From: Utricularia gibba
Lineage: Eukaryota > Plantae > Magnoliophyta
Length of the DNA: 64,000 bases
Direction: 5' to 3'
Assembly: GCA_002189035.1 (NCBI GenBank)
Contig: NEEC01000004.1
Coordinates: 4,340,001-4,404,000, forward strand
This document shows positions 27,654 through 41,029 of the stretch, piece by piece. How positions within the stretch are numbered: the first letter of the stretch is position 1; the number at the start of each line of letters is the position of its first letter. A program made the translations under genes and the position numbers. Under the pieces are notes generated by a model. The model saw nothing but the letters and a program-made list of their open reading frames with translations, was not told where the DNA came from and searched no databases.

Positions 27654-29105
27654 TTATCCCTTGGGCTTCAGAAAGCGGGTTGTACAGGGTTGAGCCAAAC
27701 AGGGCATGTTCACTTTCTGGATATGAAATTGAGACCTAGCCGGGCCTTGGGTAAGAAAACCAGGAGGGGGTCCCCCCTCTTGGTGCCCCTGCTTCCCCAT
27801 CACACTCTGCCATGGATGACCTTTCTGTTTACCGATTGCATTTTGCCTCAAGTGGAGCCCAGATAATGGAGACTTGGGGGAATAGGATTCCCACTTGGCC
27901 TTTGGGCCTCTACCTGTAACCTGGAGGAGGAGGCCCTCATAAAAAAAATAATAATAATTGATAAAAAAAGTATCAGAGTACTGAGCCAGGGAAGGGAAGA
28001 GGTACATGTGCAAAAGCAGCAATCCCTGTGTTCAGAGGGAATACCCGCCCTGTAACGAAATCAGCAATGACTCCGATGTTTCATGTTGAACTAGGACTAC
28101 GTTACCCATCAGAAAATGGATACCATAGTGGAAAGCAAAGATCCTACCATGACCTATAGGAAGCAAAAGATGAGATGCTGCAAGGACCACAGTGCACCCC
28201 TTGCATACTTGAACCTGAGCAAGGGGCGGCGGATATATTCCAGATGCATCAGTTGCAGTTGTGAATACGATTGACAAGCCCGCTCCTTCAGTGTAGCCCA
28301 CACAGATGAACACAAGGGTCAAAAATATTATCAGAACACGGACACTGGACATCCATCCAACCTTGGCTTCATGAACAGAGAAGCAACCCCACCTTCTGAA
28401 ACCGCCGAAGATCACAAACCATGGATAAGTAATATGCAACGTCATCAATTTCCTGAAATTAAATACGGGATCAGGAGCATGTGTAAAGCTTTCTGTGGTA
28501 CGGTGAAACCGAATTGACCATTAGAAGGCGGACCGAGTTGAAGAGTTTGGCAGAAAGTTGCAAGCTTTTACACCATCTCCGTAGCACTGGAATTTCAATT
28601 GTCAACGACGGCACAGAGTTTACAACCTGTTCAGTCGGCTTTCTCCTCCTCCGCCTTCTATTATTCTCCCTTACCTCCGACAATACCACCCCTAGCAATT
28701 CAGCACGTACACAACGTGCCTAATTACTTTAATCAAACTCCATGAAACCCCGGTCCGCCCACCATCTGAACTCGAACCCGCCTCCAGTAAGGTCTCCGGT
28801 TCAACTCCATCTGAATTTAAAATCAGACTTTAATAATGAATTCATGATACTATAAGTAATTAAAATCAGATTTTACAAATGAAATGCAGAATAATGAACG
28901 AGTTGAGTGGAGTCGCACTCACTGTCTGAACGGAGAAGACGTGAAGACGAGAAGAAAAAAAGATGGCCGCGATTATGACGACTAATCTTTTTATATTATT
29001 ATTCTTATTCTTCTTCATGTTTCCGTCTTCCTTCTTCTTCATTAGCCAAAGAAACCAGAACCCAGTACCTAATCCTGAACCAAAAACACTCCGATCGGAT
29101 TCCAC
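27654..29105 (-). other. Unidentified spliced unit (degenerate gene, mis-assembled gene or lncRNA)
   Basis: Chain of GT-AG-bounded small exons 28452-28393, 28285-28215, 28153-28124, 28049-28006 and from 27920, with 61-107 nt introns; additional donor and acceptor sites at about 28922 and 28811. No stop-free spliced ORF was found. Confidence 0.4.
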
Positions 29106-29169
29106 CCCAGTTGACTTTTTTCACCATCTCGGGAAGTCAAGCCGGAGGCCGTGGATATACATAATATAC

Positions 29170-32100
29170 ATGACACATACTTCCTCTTCGCCCTCCTCGT
29201 CGACCCTATTCCATCGCCGGTTCTTTCGGCCGATCATGTTGGCCGCGGCGGCGGTGGTGGTGCTCGGCGGCGCGGCTCTGATATGGGTGTTCGTGGCGGC
29301 TTCCCGGTCGCCTACCTCGGCGGTGTACGGGAATTTGCATGTGAATGGAGATGCTCCGGTGGCGGTGACGGATGAGGATTTCGTGTGTGCCACTTTGGAT
29401 TGGTGGCCGCCGACCAAGTGCGATTACGGGACATGCAGTTGGGGCAACGCTTCTCTTCTCAATCTCGTGAGCTTCTTCTTCAGCTTGACTGTTCTTTCTT
29501 ATGGTTATTTATGACGTCATTATTTGATATAAGATAACAAAAAGTAGTAGACATGTGATAATAAAATATTTTTTATGACATCATTATTCGATATAAGAAA
29601 AAAAAGTGGAAATATGTGATAATAAAATATTTTTGTTTATCCATCACTACCTGGCCCACCATTATGGTGGAGCCCACAGTTGCTATATGGACGCCACGTT
29701 TGACGTCCATTAGTTTGACTAATGTAATTATTTAACAATATATTTTTTAATGAATTTTATATTAGTTTTATTTAATTTATATATTATGACCTATTAAACT
29801 CTATTACATTTTGCTTCTCAAAAAATGAATTTTATCTTATTTTTATATTATAATCAATATTTGTAATAAAAATATAATTTGAGTATTTCAAGTAATTAAA
29901 TAAAAATTACTTTTAAATTATATTCTTTTGAAATACAATTTATTCATGTCTAATAAAATTTGAATTCTTGTAATTTCTTTAATTTAGTAAATGTTTTTAA
30001 ATTTATGTTCTTATTGAAGCAGAAGTAACTGGTAATTGATAATAAAATTACTTTTGAAACATTTTTAAAAAAAATTAAAAATTGTTTCAAAAAAATAATT
30101 TTTATTTTCAATTTATGACATATAAACATTAGTTTATGATAATCCACCTTTGGCTGGTTTGGTCAAATCACGGAGTTTAATTGGTCAAGATCCCACCTTT
30201 GATTTTCATTTAATGTCCCATGTCTTGTATGCCCACCCCCTCCTAACCTCTTAGGTTGGGCATGAGGATAAAATGATCGAATTCCATTCGATCATTCTCT
30301 ATTCCAAAGTATATAAGACTAAGAATTAGTAGGCCCATTTTTTTGATCGGTTTTCGGCTAACAAAATGATTCAAAAAGTCTAATATTTTCCCTTATTCAT
30401 GATCCTGATTTGATCAAAACTGCATAATTAAGCACCAAATTGCTTACATGCGTAGTGTCTTCATGTTGTAGGATCTGAGCAGCCCCCTTCTGCTGGACGC
30501 AGTGAAAGGTATGAATTCTAAGCTTATTATGTGATTAAATGTGAATATTAAATACAAAAAGAATGAATAAAAGAGGGTGAGTGACTTGTTACCGGTTGCA
30601 GCCTTGGCTCCATTGAAGCTACGTCTTGGTGGAACACTGCAAGACAAATTGCGATACGAAACGCCGGCCGATCGGATTCCTTGCACGCCGTTCGTCCGAA
30701 ACGGCGCCGCCGTGTTCGGATTCAACGAGGGCTGCCTCCCGATGTCCCGGTGGGACGAGCTCAACGAGTTCTTTGCAGCTGCAGGGTAAGTCCAGCCTTT
30801 GGGTGTGTTTGATGGAACAGGAACCGGAACCTGAACCGGTTATGATATAGGGATTATATGTGGTCACAGGGGTAAGGTTGTGTTCGGTCTGAATGCGCTG
30901 GCCGGCCGGACCGTTGGACCGGACGGCTTCTGTACGGGGGCGTGGGATTCCACCAACGCCGAGTCCCTTATTAGGCGCACTATAGAGAGGGGCTACGCTA
31001 CGTACGCCTGGGAGTTGGGTAATAATAATATATATTATATTTTGTTACTTATTTAAAAAAAATGATTTTAAAAAATGGCAGGAAATGAGCTGAGTGGGCG
31101 TGGAATAGGAGCACGTGTTGCAGCCCATCAATACGCCTCCGATTTGAATCATCTCCGACAAATTGTGCAAGAACTATACAAGGGAGTTCAGGAGAAACCG
31201 CTGGTAGTTGGACCGGGCGGTTTTTTCGAACCGGACTGGTTTTCAGAGTTCACTTCCAGAGCATCCGGCTCTCTTCATGCTGCCACACACCACATCTACA
31301 ACCTTGGACCGGGTACACTATTGATCTCTACTTCTTCACTAGGGTTTGTGGGATGATCCAGAAAAGGGTTTTCTCCATTGGAAACACAGGAGTGGATGAT
31401 CATCTGGTAGACAAGATTTTGAACCCATCGTATCTTGACGCTGGATCGCAACCCTTCCGGGAGCTGCAGAGCATCCTGAAGAACAACGCGAATTCGACCG
31501 TCGCATGGGTCGGAGAAGCCGGGGGAGCTTACAACAGCGGACGAGACCGTGTCACGAATTCATTCGTCTTCAGCTTTTGGTATGTGTGTAGATAGATAGA
31601 TATTCACCTCACTCCATCTCCAAAATGCATGTTTTCTCCAGCTTTAGACTTAATTTTTTAATGTGTTCAGGTATCTTGATCAGCTTGGGATGTCATCGAG
31701 CTACGATACCAAAACATACTGCAGACAGACTCTCATTGGTGGAAACTATGGTTTGGTTGATACAACTACATTTGCTCCTAATCCTGATTACTACAGGTTA
31801 GTGAATCAAATGAGTCCAACCTTTTCGTCTTTACAGATCTAATTTAGGATTTAGGGTTTAGAGTTTCGGATTTTTCCGAGATCCGTTCATATCTTTTACT
31901 GCATGCATTTGCACAGTGCACTTCTATGGAACCGTTTGATGGGGAGCAGAGTCCTCTCAACCAGCTTCACGGGGACTGATAAAATACGTGCATACGCCCA
32001 TTGTTCCAAGAACTCTGTAAGCTCACTTATTCGATCATCGATTCCGATCGTATTCGATTGTATTCGTATACGATAATTCGACTCGTCCTTTGAATGCAGA

Positions 32101-32432
32101 CGGGGATAACGCTGCTGCTGATGAACCTGGACAGCTCCAAATTGGTAGAAGTTGGTATGACGATTGGAGATGGTGTCTCGAACCATAGCTTGGCTCTCCA
32201 ACAGCGTGCACCCAAGTTGATGAGAGAAGAGTATCACTTGAGTGCCAAGAACGGAGACATCCATAGCCAAAGGGTCCTTCTCAATGGGGAAGAGTTAAGT
32301 GTTCATAGAACTTCACCAACCATACCTCAGTTGAAATCCAAACTCCTCCGGAACTCGGAGCCGTTGCGGGTCTCTCCTTTGTCGATATTGTTCGCTAGGA
32401 TTCCAGCCCTTGCACTTCCTGCCTGTACCTAA
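29170..32432 (+). CDS. Heparanase-like protein 3 / beta-glucuronidase (GH79), 9 exons
   Basis: Exons 29170-29466, 30472-30508, 30602-30785, 30870-31018, 31082-31312, 31390-31579, 31671-31796, 31917-32016, 32100-32432. FVCATLDWWPPTKCDYG, catalytic WELGNE and WVGEAGGAYNSG, FWYLDQLG, YCRQTLIGGNYG. Start codon uncertain (29170 or 29236). Confidence 0.93.
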
Positions 32433-32717
32433 CAACAATGAGAACCGATACATAGGAATAGGCTCATAGTGTAGTGAGTTTCTTTCTTCGGAAGTTGGCT
32501 GAAAAGATATATAGTTTTTGGTTGCTGAAGAAGAATGATGGAACTTGTAAAGATGAGTGCATGGAAATCAGATTGCTAGAGATGGATCAACTGCCACCAT
32601 TTATTAAGGGAAAATGCAACCTCCATCTCGCTCGAGGAGCTGCTCAGATGAGATAACATGGGGTCAGAAAGTGTAAATGTACCTGTGCACCTGTACCCAC
32701 CGTTCACATGAATGATT

Positions 32718-35700
32718 CTATATCCCATTTTGGTGATTAAACCAGGGTCCAGACGCGCTGTTCACATGACTGGTGTGCGCATTTGGGCCGACTGGAGGAG
32801 GCAACCCCATGGCCATGGGAGGTGGAGGAGAGGGAGGATACATTACTGCATGAGCATTGGAAAGGGAGTGGGGGCTCACAAGAGGGCTCCCACTGGCTGC
32901 TGCTTGGCTTCCCTTCTGCAGTTGAATGGCATGAATTAGTCTCAGCCCTTCTTCGTGGATACGCGATATTGTTTCCAGCTCCTTCATTGACAAAGCTTCT
33001 AAGCCGGCTCCGTAAAGGGGAGCATGCCGTGACATGTCTTCCTGAAGTTGAACCTCGAGGCGACACACATATTGCTGCAAAGAAAACAACAGACCCAACT
33101 CATGACATCATTTTTTATTGCAGTGAAGAATGTGGTATACAGAGAGAGGGGGCATTGAGCGCACTAGATTAAACTGAAAGGGGATCAAGGCAAAATAAAG
33201 GGTTTTGTTGAAGGCTAACCTGGCACTCCCGCAATTGTGACTCCAAGCCAACAATATATGCTTCACACCGAGCAACGTGCTCTTCCTTCTCACGTTTTTC
33301 TCCATCTGTTTGTGCAAGTGTTTGGGTAAGCCGGCGAACTTCGCTCTCAAGTGACTGACGTATTTCCTCACGGGTGGTGTTCTCTGTTGCAAGCCTTTTC
33401 AACTCTTCATCGGACCTTTTTCGTGCTGCTTCGGCAGTCTTCAACCTCTCAGCAAGAGCATTTTTCTCCTTCATAACCCTCTTAAAACATCCAACAATAC
33501 TTTTCAGAACACATAAAAAGAACATGACGGTGGATCACAAGTTATGAAAAATGAAAAGGCAACAAAATGGAAGAAAAAATATGAACGAACATAGATGATG
33601 ATTACTTCTACAGTTCAGATAGAAAAGAGGGTGAAGAAGATGATACGGTAAAATCAAGCAGAAAGCAGAACACGCATTATATAGCTATTTGAATTGAGTG
33701 GGGGGCAGCAGAAGGGGAGCATCGTATGCAGACATAGCAAGTAATAGCACGCTTAACAAGAAAATAGACCTTCATTTCATCTCTTTTTCGAGATTTTAGT
33801 TGAGATAGTTGTGATTCTGCATCATAGAGGCGGTCCTGAAGATTCTTCTTATCAGAAGCAAGCTTCCTGATTTCATCTTCCCTCTCAGATCTCACCCATT
33901 CTAGCTGATTCTCTACTTCCTGTACCTGCTCAATCAGCTCTTTTCGCTCTCGGGCAAATCGATCCATTTCACCCTTCATTTCAGACTGCCAATTTACAAG
34001 GAGGCAGGTATAGTGCGTGTTCCCAGGGGCAAAGGAAAAAAAAAGAAAGAAAATAGTCACCTTGATACGGTTATATGCAGCCTCGGACTCATTCAGCTTC
34101 TGGGACAAAGCAGCTTTTTCTTTAGAAAAACTAGCAATTTCACTTTTTCTTTCTTCACGTATCTGGCGAATATCATCTTCACTGGCACACAACTGATGCC
34201 AAAGAGCTGCACGATCAACATTAGCGAGTTCTGCAACTTCTCGCATTATGTTCAAAACTGATCTTGCTGTTTCTTGTTCCTCCGAAACTAAACTTACCAA
34301 AACCTCCATATTTAAATCAAAATCACTACTAGTTTCAGCAACATTTGTTGCACGGTCGACAAGTCTCTTCAGTAACCTTAATCTTTGCGACTCATCAGCA
34401 TACTGTTTGAACAAAATAGTATAAAGAGCCTTAGCATATCCTTGAACACGTGTGTCTCTTGAGAGGGTAAGAGTCTCAGCAAGCCCAAGAACTGAACTGA
34501 AGTCATGCTGTTGAGTTCTTAGTTGCTCAGCAGCTTCCCCTTGTGCAACTGTGTCAGGATGCTGAAGATTTTGTGTCTTACAGTTTGATGTAAACTGTAT
34601 GGATCTCGCAAGTCGTCTTTCCAATGCAAGAGCAAGAGACTGGGAAACAAAGGCCCCACGAGCTACTGCCCTTTCAAAAGTTTGGGCAGCCTCAACAGCA
34701 ACACAAGGTATGGATAACATTTCTAGTAAGATATATACATCTGATAACTGAGAACCAAAATACGTACTATGATCTCCAGCTAAGTGTCGTCTGTCAGAAT
34801 TAGGCCCATTATCACCAAAAACAAAAAGCCCAGAGGAGCTTGGCGAAGAATGAGCACTGGAATCATGATCAGAGTTAATATCTCGAAGAATAGATTCCGC
34901 AATATCTGCACAACTATTTATAGATCGGCTAATATAATCCAACACACATGGAGAGACCCCTGCACCCAAAGTCTTCAATCTGATCCTGACAGACCTGACC
35001 TGTTACAAGACACCATCAAAGTCATGACCCTTGTGACAGCAACAGTTAGGGAACAAAAAAAGGCTCTGAAAATGGAACAGATTCCTATTTCATGCTCACA
35101 GCTTCAGGAAGACGCTGACAGTGTAGTGCTGCCTTAAATATAAAGTCTATTGTCGCCACAAGGGGTTCGTCATTGGAATCAGCTAAAAGCTCCAGAGACT
35201 GGAAAAATACTCGCTCCCATACTTCACCACTACATTCCAACTGACTGAGTGCTCCAAAAACCTGACAAATAAATATAGCAGACGTCATTAGAAATGATAA
35301 TAGAAAAGAGGAAATGTAAGCAGCACAGCAAACACCAAATCACTGTAATATAAAAGTTGTCGCTTGATAATTACAGGTAAACGTAATGCCGGTTCTGCAT
35401 TTTGCTTCTGAAGGCGATCTAGAAGAGCACAAGCAGCAAGCGAATGTTCTGAATGTTCCACTAGTTTTGGAACCAATGCAACTAGGTCAGGTTGGAGATG
35501 CTTGGGAGCTTTATCAAGTACAAGACTGATCTTTCGAGCTGAGTGTGGCCGTCTTCTTGGTTCAGGGCAACCTTGGGGCACAGCTTCATCGAGGGCTCTC
35601 AATGAGTTCACTATTAATCCAAGAAGCTCCTCTGATTGCTCTGGCCACTTGCTCTACATTGTAATAGTAGATCAGCCTTTCACTAAAAACGAGCAGCTGC

Positions 35701-38700
35701 AGCAATTGAAACATCAAAGAAACCATACCTTAGAACGAAGTGGTGGCTTCTCAAATGAAGCAGAAGCAGATGTCTCTGGTGGAGAAATAGTTTGTACAGG
35801 GAAAGACTTCTCAGGCGAACTAGTGGCATTCAGATCAGAACTTTGTACAGCAGAGGAATTTAAACCATCAACAAGATCTAATCTCTCTGCTACTGACATT
35901 CGCTCTGATAGTTCGTGTCCATTGTCAACATCACACTCCAGCGGAGTCATGGATCCACTCACATCTGGGGAAGGCTTGGAGCCAGTGGCATCAGAAGAAT
36001 CATCACTTGAACCTTCCTCTGATGGTTGACAACACTCGACCATAATATCTAACAATAAGTCAATGATTGCTTGCTGCAGCACTTTTACACCCATTAACAA
36101 GTTCATCAAACTAGGGCAAGATTCATCATTTTTATTAGCTTTCTTTCCATCAGTATTGCTAGATATCTTTGTAGGAAGCAGCAAACGTTTCACCTTAACA
36201 GGGTCATTCAGATAAACACGAAGTCCAGTTAAGAAACCAGCTATTGCTCCAGCGTCCATGAGCAATTTCTCCCTTAGAGTGACTTGAGGTTCAGAAGAAT
36301 TGTCTCCATAGGTAAGATGAAAACCAGCCCTGGACAGAAGATTTCTAAAAATGTCTTCTTCCTCACCACTAAGGCACTCACTATCATCAGAATCAATGAG
36401 TTCATCAGGGTCCGTTGTCAACGCTTCCTGATCATCTTCAGAAGCCAAAACCTGCCCAATGGACTGCAAAGTCAGTGACTTGAATATATGAGCCAACGAT
36501 TTGAGGCATGAACAGATCAAGAGATAGGAAAATATGTTTTTTTGGTAATAAACGAGGACCAAAGAAATGCCTAAAAATGGCTCCTACACATGGCCTTCCT
36601 TTATTAACAAACATAAAATCAGGAATTCAGTAGAAAAAATGAAAAGATAAAGAATGAAAGTATTGAACCCAAAATCCACAAAAGAAACCTATCACAAAAG
36701 GTCCAGAAGGAAGTTGCATTGTGTGGCCAGTGCAGCACCATATTAAAAATTCACAATGTGGAAAAATGTGGAGTGCTACCACATGCTTGATAAAATTCAG
36801 CACCGGAGAAAAATCGATTCACTATTTAGTTAATTCTATATACGGACTCATATAACTAGGATGGTAGTATAAGCTACAAAACCTCAAGATCTGAGAACTC
36901 AAACCATGGGCAGCAGTCCAAAATCTCACAAACAAACACCACCGTGTCACGGAGAAGAAACCCTGCATCAGCTCCCAACACATCAGACACCTTCATGAAC
37001 TGTAGAACAGAATTGTTCCACGTTTTGGTACAAATAGATGACTCCTTCCAAACCGTTTTGGATGGATTTTTTTGGTTCACAATAGCCATCCTGTATCTAA
37101 CCCAGAAGTTCTTCTCGGGATCGGTTGCAACTGATTGATCACTCTCCAAATAAATACATATGGTGTCAAAGGATTCATAAACTCCTGCACAACCACAGGG
37201 GCAGTAAAAAATTAGCATCCAACACTATCCAGTATGTCCAACATCAGTAGGACATTTTTGACATATCAATCATCATAGTACCAGAAGAACCACCCACCAA
37301 TTCGGAGCTCACATCCACCAGCTTGAAAGAATTTGCTGAATATTTTTCTGGTTTCCATTATTTCCTTGAAGGACATGAAATTCTCAACTTTCCATGTGAA
37401 TGAACTCCTCTTGCCAACATCAACTAGATGACAACAGTAATTTTCTGAATCTGATTCTTGATCAGCAAAATCCTGCATTATTGATGTTTCTTTCAAAATA
37501 AGAACTTCAGCAGAGAAGACAACAGTATCCTGAACTAGAAATCCAGAATCCTGATCAAAGAGGCTAGCCAGTGTAACAAATTCACGCCAACCCCAGTCCT
37601 TTGCAGCCTTTGAGTACCGATTTTGAGATTCCTTTGTGATTGACTTTTCTTCCATTCTTTGGTTTATCACTGACAAACGATGGCTTACAAAACAGCTCCA
37701 ATCACTTTGAGTGGTCCGTGAATCGGTTACCTCAAGAAACACACACAAATGACATGGAGGCTGCGATTGCCCTGGCAAACGAAACAGAAAATTAACATTC
37801 ATCAGGTCAGGAAGCTATGTTTATACAAGGAAATCTAGGACATACTCAAAGTAGAGTAGACTTTATGTTACTTAACAGTTGAATTTCCTTTTTATTGGAA
37901 ATTAGATGCTGACATCTTCTTTCAAAGGTTAGAAAGGTAAATCTGTAAGCATGAAATCGAGAAAACAATGGAATAGGTATCTCAAGAAAGTGTTCTTCTT
38001 CAAACAAACGTATTATTACAAAAACTAAACCAACATTGATAATATAATTTGAGTAGTTTTCCAAGATGGATTTATCCATAGTACCTCGAGGATAAATAAT
38101 GAGACGACAATCACGATTCCCTATTTGGAACCTTCTACTTTTGATGCAGAGTCCAGTAATCTTCTTCTTTTTCAAAAGATCCTTCAAACGGGTAAAGTTC
38201 TCAATTCTCCATGTGAACTTTCCCATATGACCATCCGATTTCCTCATACTCCCCCCGTTCTTTACACCAATTGGTGTGCAAATCTTTGAAAAACTGCTCG
38301 ATTCCTTGATTACATGAAAGGATGTGCTAAAAACTGCTGTGTCTTCCACCAAAAATCCAGAGTCAAGTCCCATAAAGTCCGACATTTTCATGTAATCATT
38401 CCATCCTAAACTTGTGTTGTCTCCACTTTTATTGTCAGCTGCAAATCGACCATAACTATCACGATGAACATGATTCGACCCGTTACCTGGTTTCTGGTTC
38501 AACACAGACATCCTAAACAAACACCAGCAACTCCTATCACTCACCATTGATGTCTTCTCGGTGTCTTTACTCTCCAAACACATGGACAAATACTCCACAC
38601 CGTTCACCATGCTCTGGTAAACACTGATACGCAAGTTGCATTCCCCAGCAGGGAAAACGGGGCTCATTATTTTCTGTGTCTTAATCATCTCCTTAAACAA

Positions 38701-39458
38701 GGAAAAATTATGAACCTTCCAAGTGAACTTTCCGCTCAAAACATCCCCAACAACAGGCCCAATCACTCCAACGACACCGCCAGTGATGGACACATTGTTA
38801 GCCTGCAAATCGTTATTGTCTCGTGAGAACGAAAACGACTCATGGAGGATCAATATATCCGCCACGATAAGAATGCAATCGTTGGACAAATGCAAGAACC
38901 CAGCCTTGAGGTCTAACAGAGTACTAAGAGAAGCAAAATCGCACCAACCATGCGACTTCTTCTTGGAAGAGAAGCGATGCCAGCTATCCCGATGCACTGA
39001 CTTAGACGTGTCAATCAAATTATCAATGGCGAGACGATAACTAGCAAAACAATCCCACTTCGAAGATGCCGTGTTACGAGGGTCCACGATTTGAAGGTAA
39101 ATCGATAAGTATCCAGGCAAGGCCTGAGAATCACCCTTCGGGTAAACAAGCAAGCGGCAATCAAAACCCCGACCTCAAAATATTTACTCCAGAGCGCACG
39201 CGATTTGATCTTGGGGAAATTGGAGATCCTCCATTTGCAAAGGGCGGAGTAATCCCCGCGACGCTCGACAACCACGGAATCCGCGGAGGCGACAGGGGAA
39301 ACAGCGGAGAAAGTAGGTGCATCCCGCAGCGGATCCTCAGCGGCGACAGAGGGCTTTTCGGAGATCCTCTGTGCGGGGATGGGTACCGCGACGGCGTCGA
39401 GAGGGGCATCGGAGGAGGAGACGGCGTCGCCGTTGTGAGAGAGGTGATAGTCAGTCAT
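32718..39458 (-). CDS. Large multi-MATH (TRAF-like) plus coiled-coil protein, 10 exons; apparent 1-nt deletion at 39167-39170
   Basis: Exons 39458-38085, 37771-37298, 37184-36883, 36451-35729, 35653-35375, 35261-35100, 34999-34061, 33985-33770, 33480-33219, 33074-32718. Four MATH repeats (KWRISNF, FTWKVHNF, FTWRIENF, FTWKVENF), coiled-coil tail, RHAPLYGAGLEALSMKELETI. SKYFEVGGFDCRLLVYPKG is restored by one extra G. Confidence 0.93.
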
Positions 39459-40022
39459 GGTTTGCTAGTTTGATGAGGGCGTGCGCGTTTGTGTAACCTG
39501 GGGCTCGCTTAGGTTTTGGAATTTGAAGAGGTGATGTACGGTATTCAATTACCAAATTTTATGATCATTTTTTAATATATAAATGAAACCAAATTGCACC
39601 AATAAAAAACCTTGTAATCACAAATTCCCTGACACGATACAGAATCATCATTACAACTTAAATCAATTTCATAAAATTTACACTTTATTAGTAAATACAA
39701 TAAAATTTAAAAATTATTATTATTTTATTAGAATCATATCTTAAAAGTTACTTTTCGAAAAATATAACTTTCAACATGGAAATATTTTAATTAAAAAAAC
39801 GGAATCTGGAGGAAGAATATTACAAAAAATAGTGCATTTTATGATATAGAGGATTCCAAATTTAGGGCTGTGGTTTAATATCTTATCGGATATTAATATG
39901 AAATGAAGATATTTTCCTAAATTGAGGACGTGTTTGATTCAAAATATGATGGTATTTTTTTTATTTGAAATTCATAGCTGATATAAGATTTATTTTAATT
40001 AAATTTGTAAATGAATTAATAG

Positions 40023-41029
40023 AGTGTTTGGTTGATGAGAATTAAATAAGAAAATATAAATTTATTTAAGTTTAAATACGTACCATAGACTAGTTTATTT
40101 TAACTAAAATTGAAAGATGTCATTTTTAAATAAACTCACGCATATAAGATTGAAAAAACTTACGTAATTATGAGTTTATTTAAATATACCAAGTAAACAA
40201 CTTATAATTTATAATCTCATCTTTAAATATATTTAATACTATCAACCAAACAGTATCTAAGTATTTGGTTGTATTTATAAAAGTGGGATGAGATTTGTAA
40301 ATGTATACATGAAAATTATTTTGGATTGTATCATGAAGTAACATCCAAAAATCATCAAATGTAAAAATAAAAAATGAAATTATACCATTATTCAATATAA
40401 AACACATATATGTAAATTCAATAATTTTTAAAATAAAATAGTAATGTTTGACATTTATCCAATGAAAAACTTATATATTGGATAAATATAAAATAGTAAT
40501 TTTTAAAACACATATCCCACACATGAATCAAAATCTTTTTTAAATCATTGTTGGTTCAACATAATTAACAATGTTCTATTTCATGCAGATGGGAAGCGTA
40601 TCACATTAAGCTCATGAAGTAAATGTTCTATAATTTATACTACTATATTTAAATCCATTCAATCTCATCAGTCAAACACTATCATTGTATTATTTTTTAA
40701 TAAAAATATTTAAAAATGATTTATAGTATTATTAATGATATTATTTTCAAAATATAGAAAAGTTGCTAATAATAATAATAAGTTTCTATTTTATAAAAAA
40801 TACTATCAATATAGAATAAATTTTAAGATTTTGTAGCATTAAATAGTATCAAAGGTAAGTAATATAAATTGAATAAATAGCATGGGTTTTTTTAATTGTA
40901 TAATAGTATATCACTTAATTTCAATTATAATTTCATTAAGTAAATACTATCTAAAAAACTAATCCTCCAATATCTTGTTTATTTAAAACTAAATAATGAT
41001 TTTTTTATTTCATTCTCATTAACCAAACA
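40023..41029. mobile_element. Decayed MITE-like termini (GTGTTTGG...CCAAACAC type) in AT-rich spacer
   Basis: AGTGTTTGGTTGATGAGA at 40023-40040 has inverted copies at 40241-40252 (12/12), 40663-40680 (16/18) and 41014-41029 (15/16). No clear TSD and no transposase. Confidence 0.5.

Noticed and set aside
28247-28252. In-frame TGA in a CN*C context read as selenocysteine
   Set aside because: Land plants lack the Sec insertion machinery (established), no SECIS was seen, and the frame itself is unproven.
28755-28812. B-box-like GGTTCGAGTTC suggesting a tRNA or SINE
   Set aside because: No cloverleaf, convincing A box, poly-A tail or TSD.
24401-29634. Short local duplications at about 24401-24490, 25245-25294 and 29511-29634 (also 8269-8308)
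   Set aside because: Two-copy slippage duplications in introns or spacers with no functional signal.
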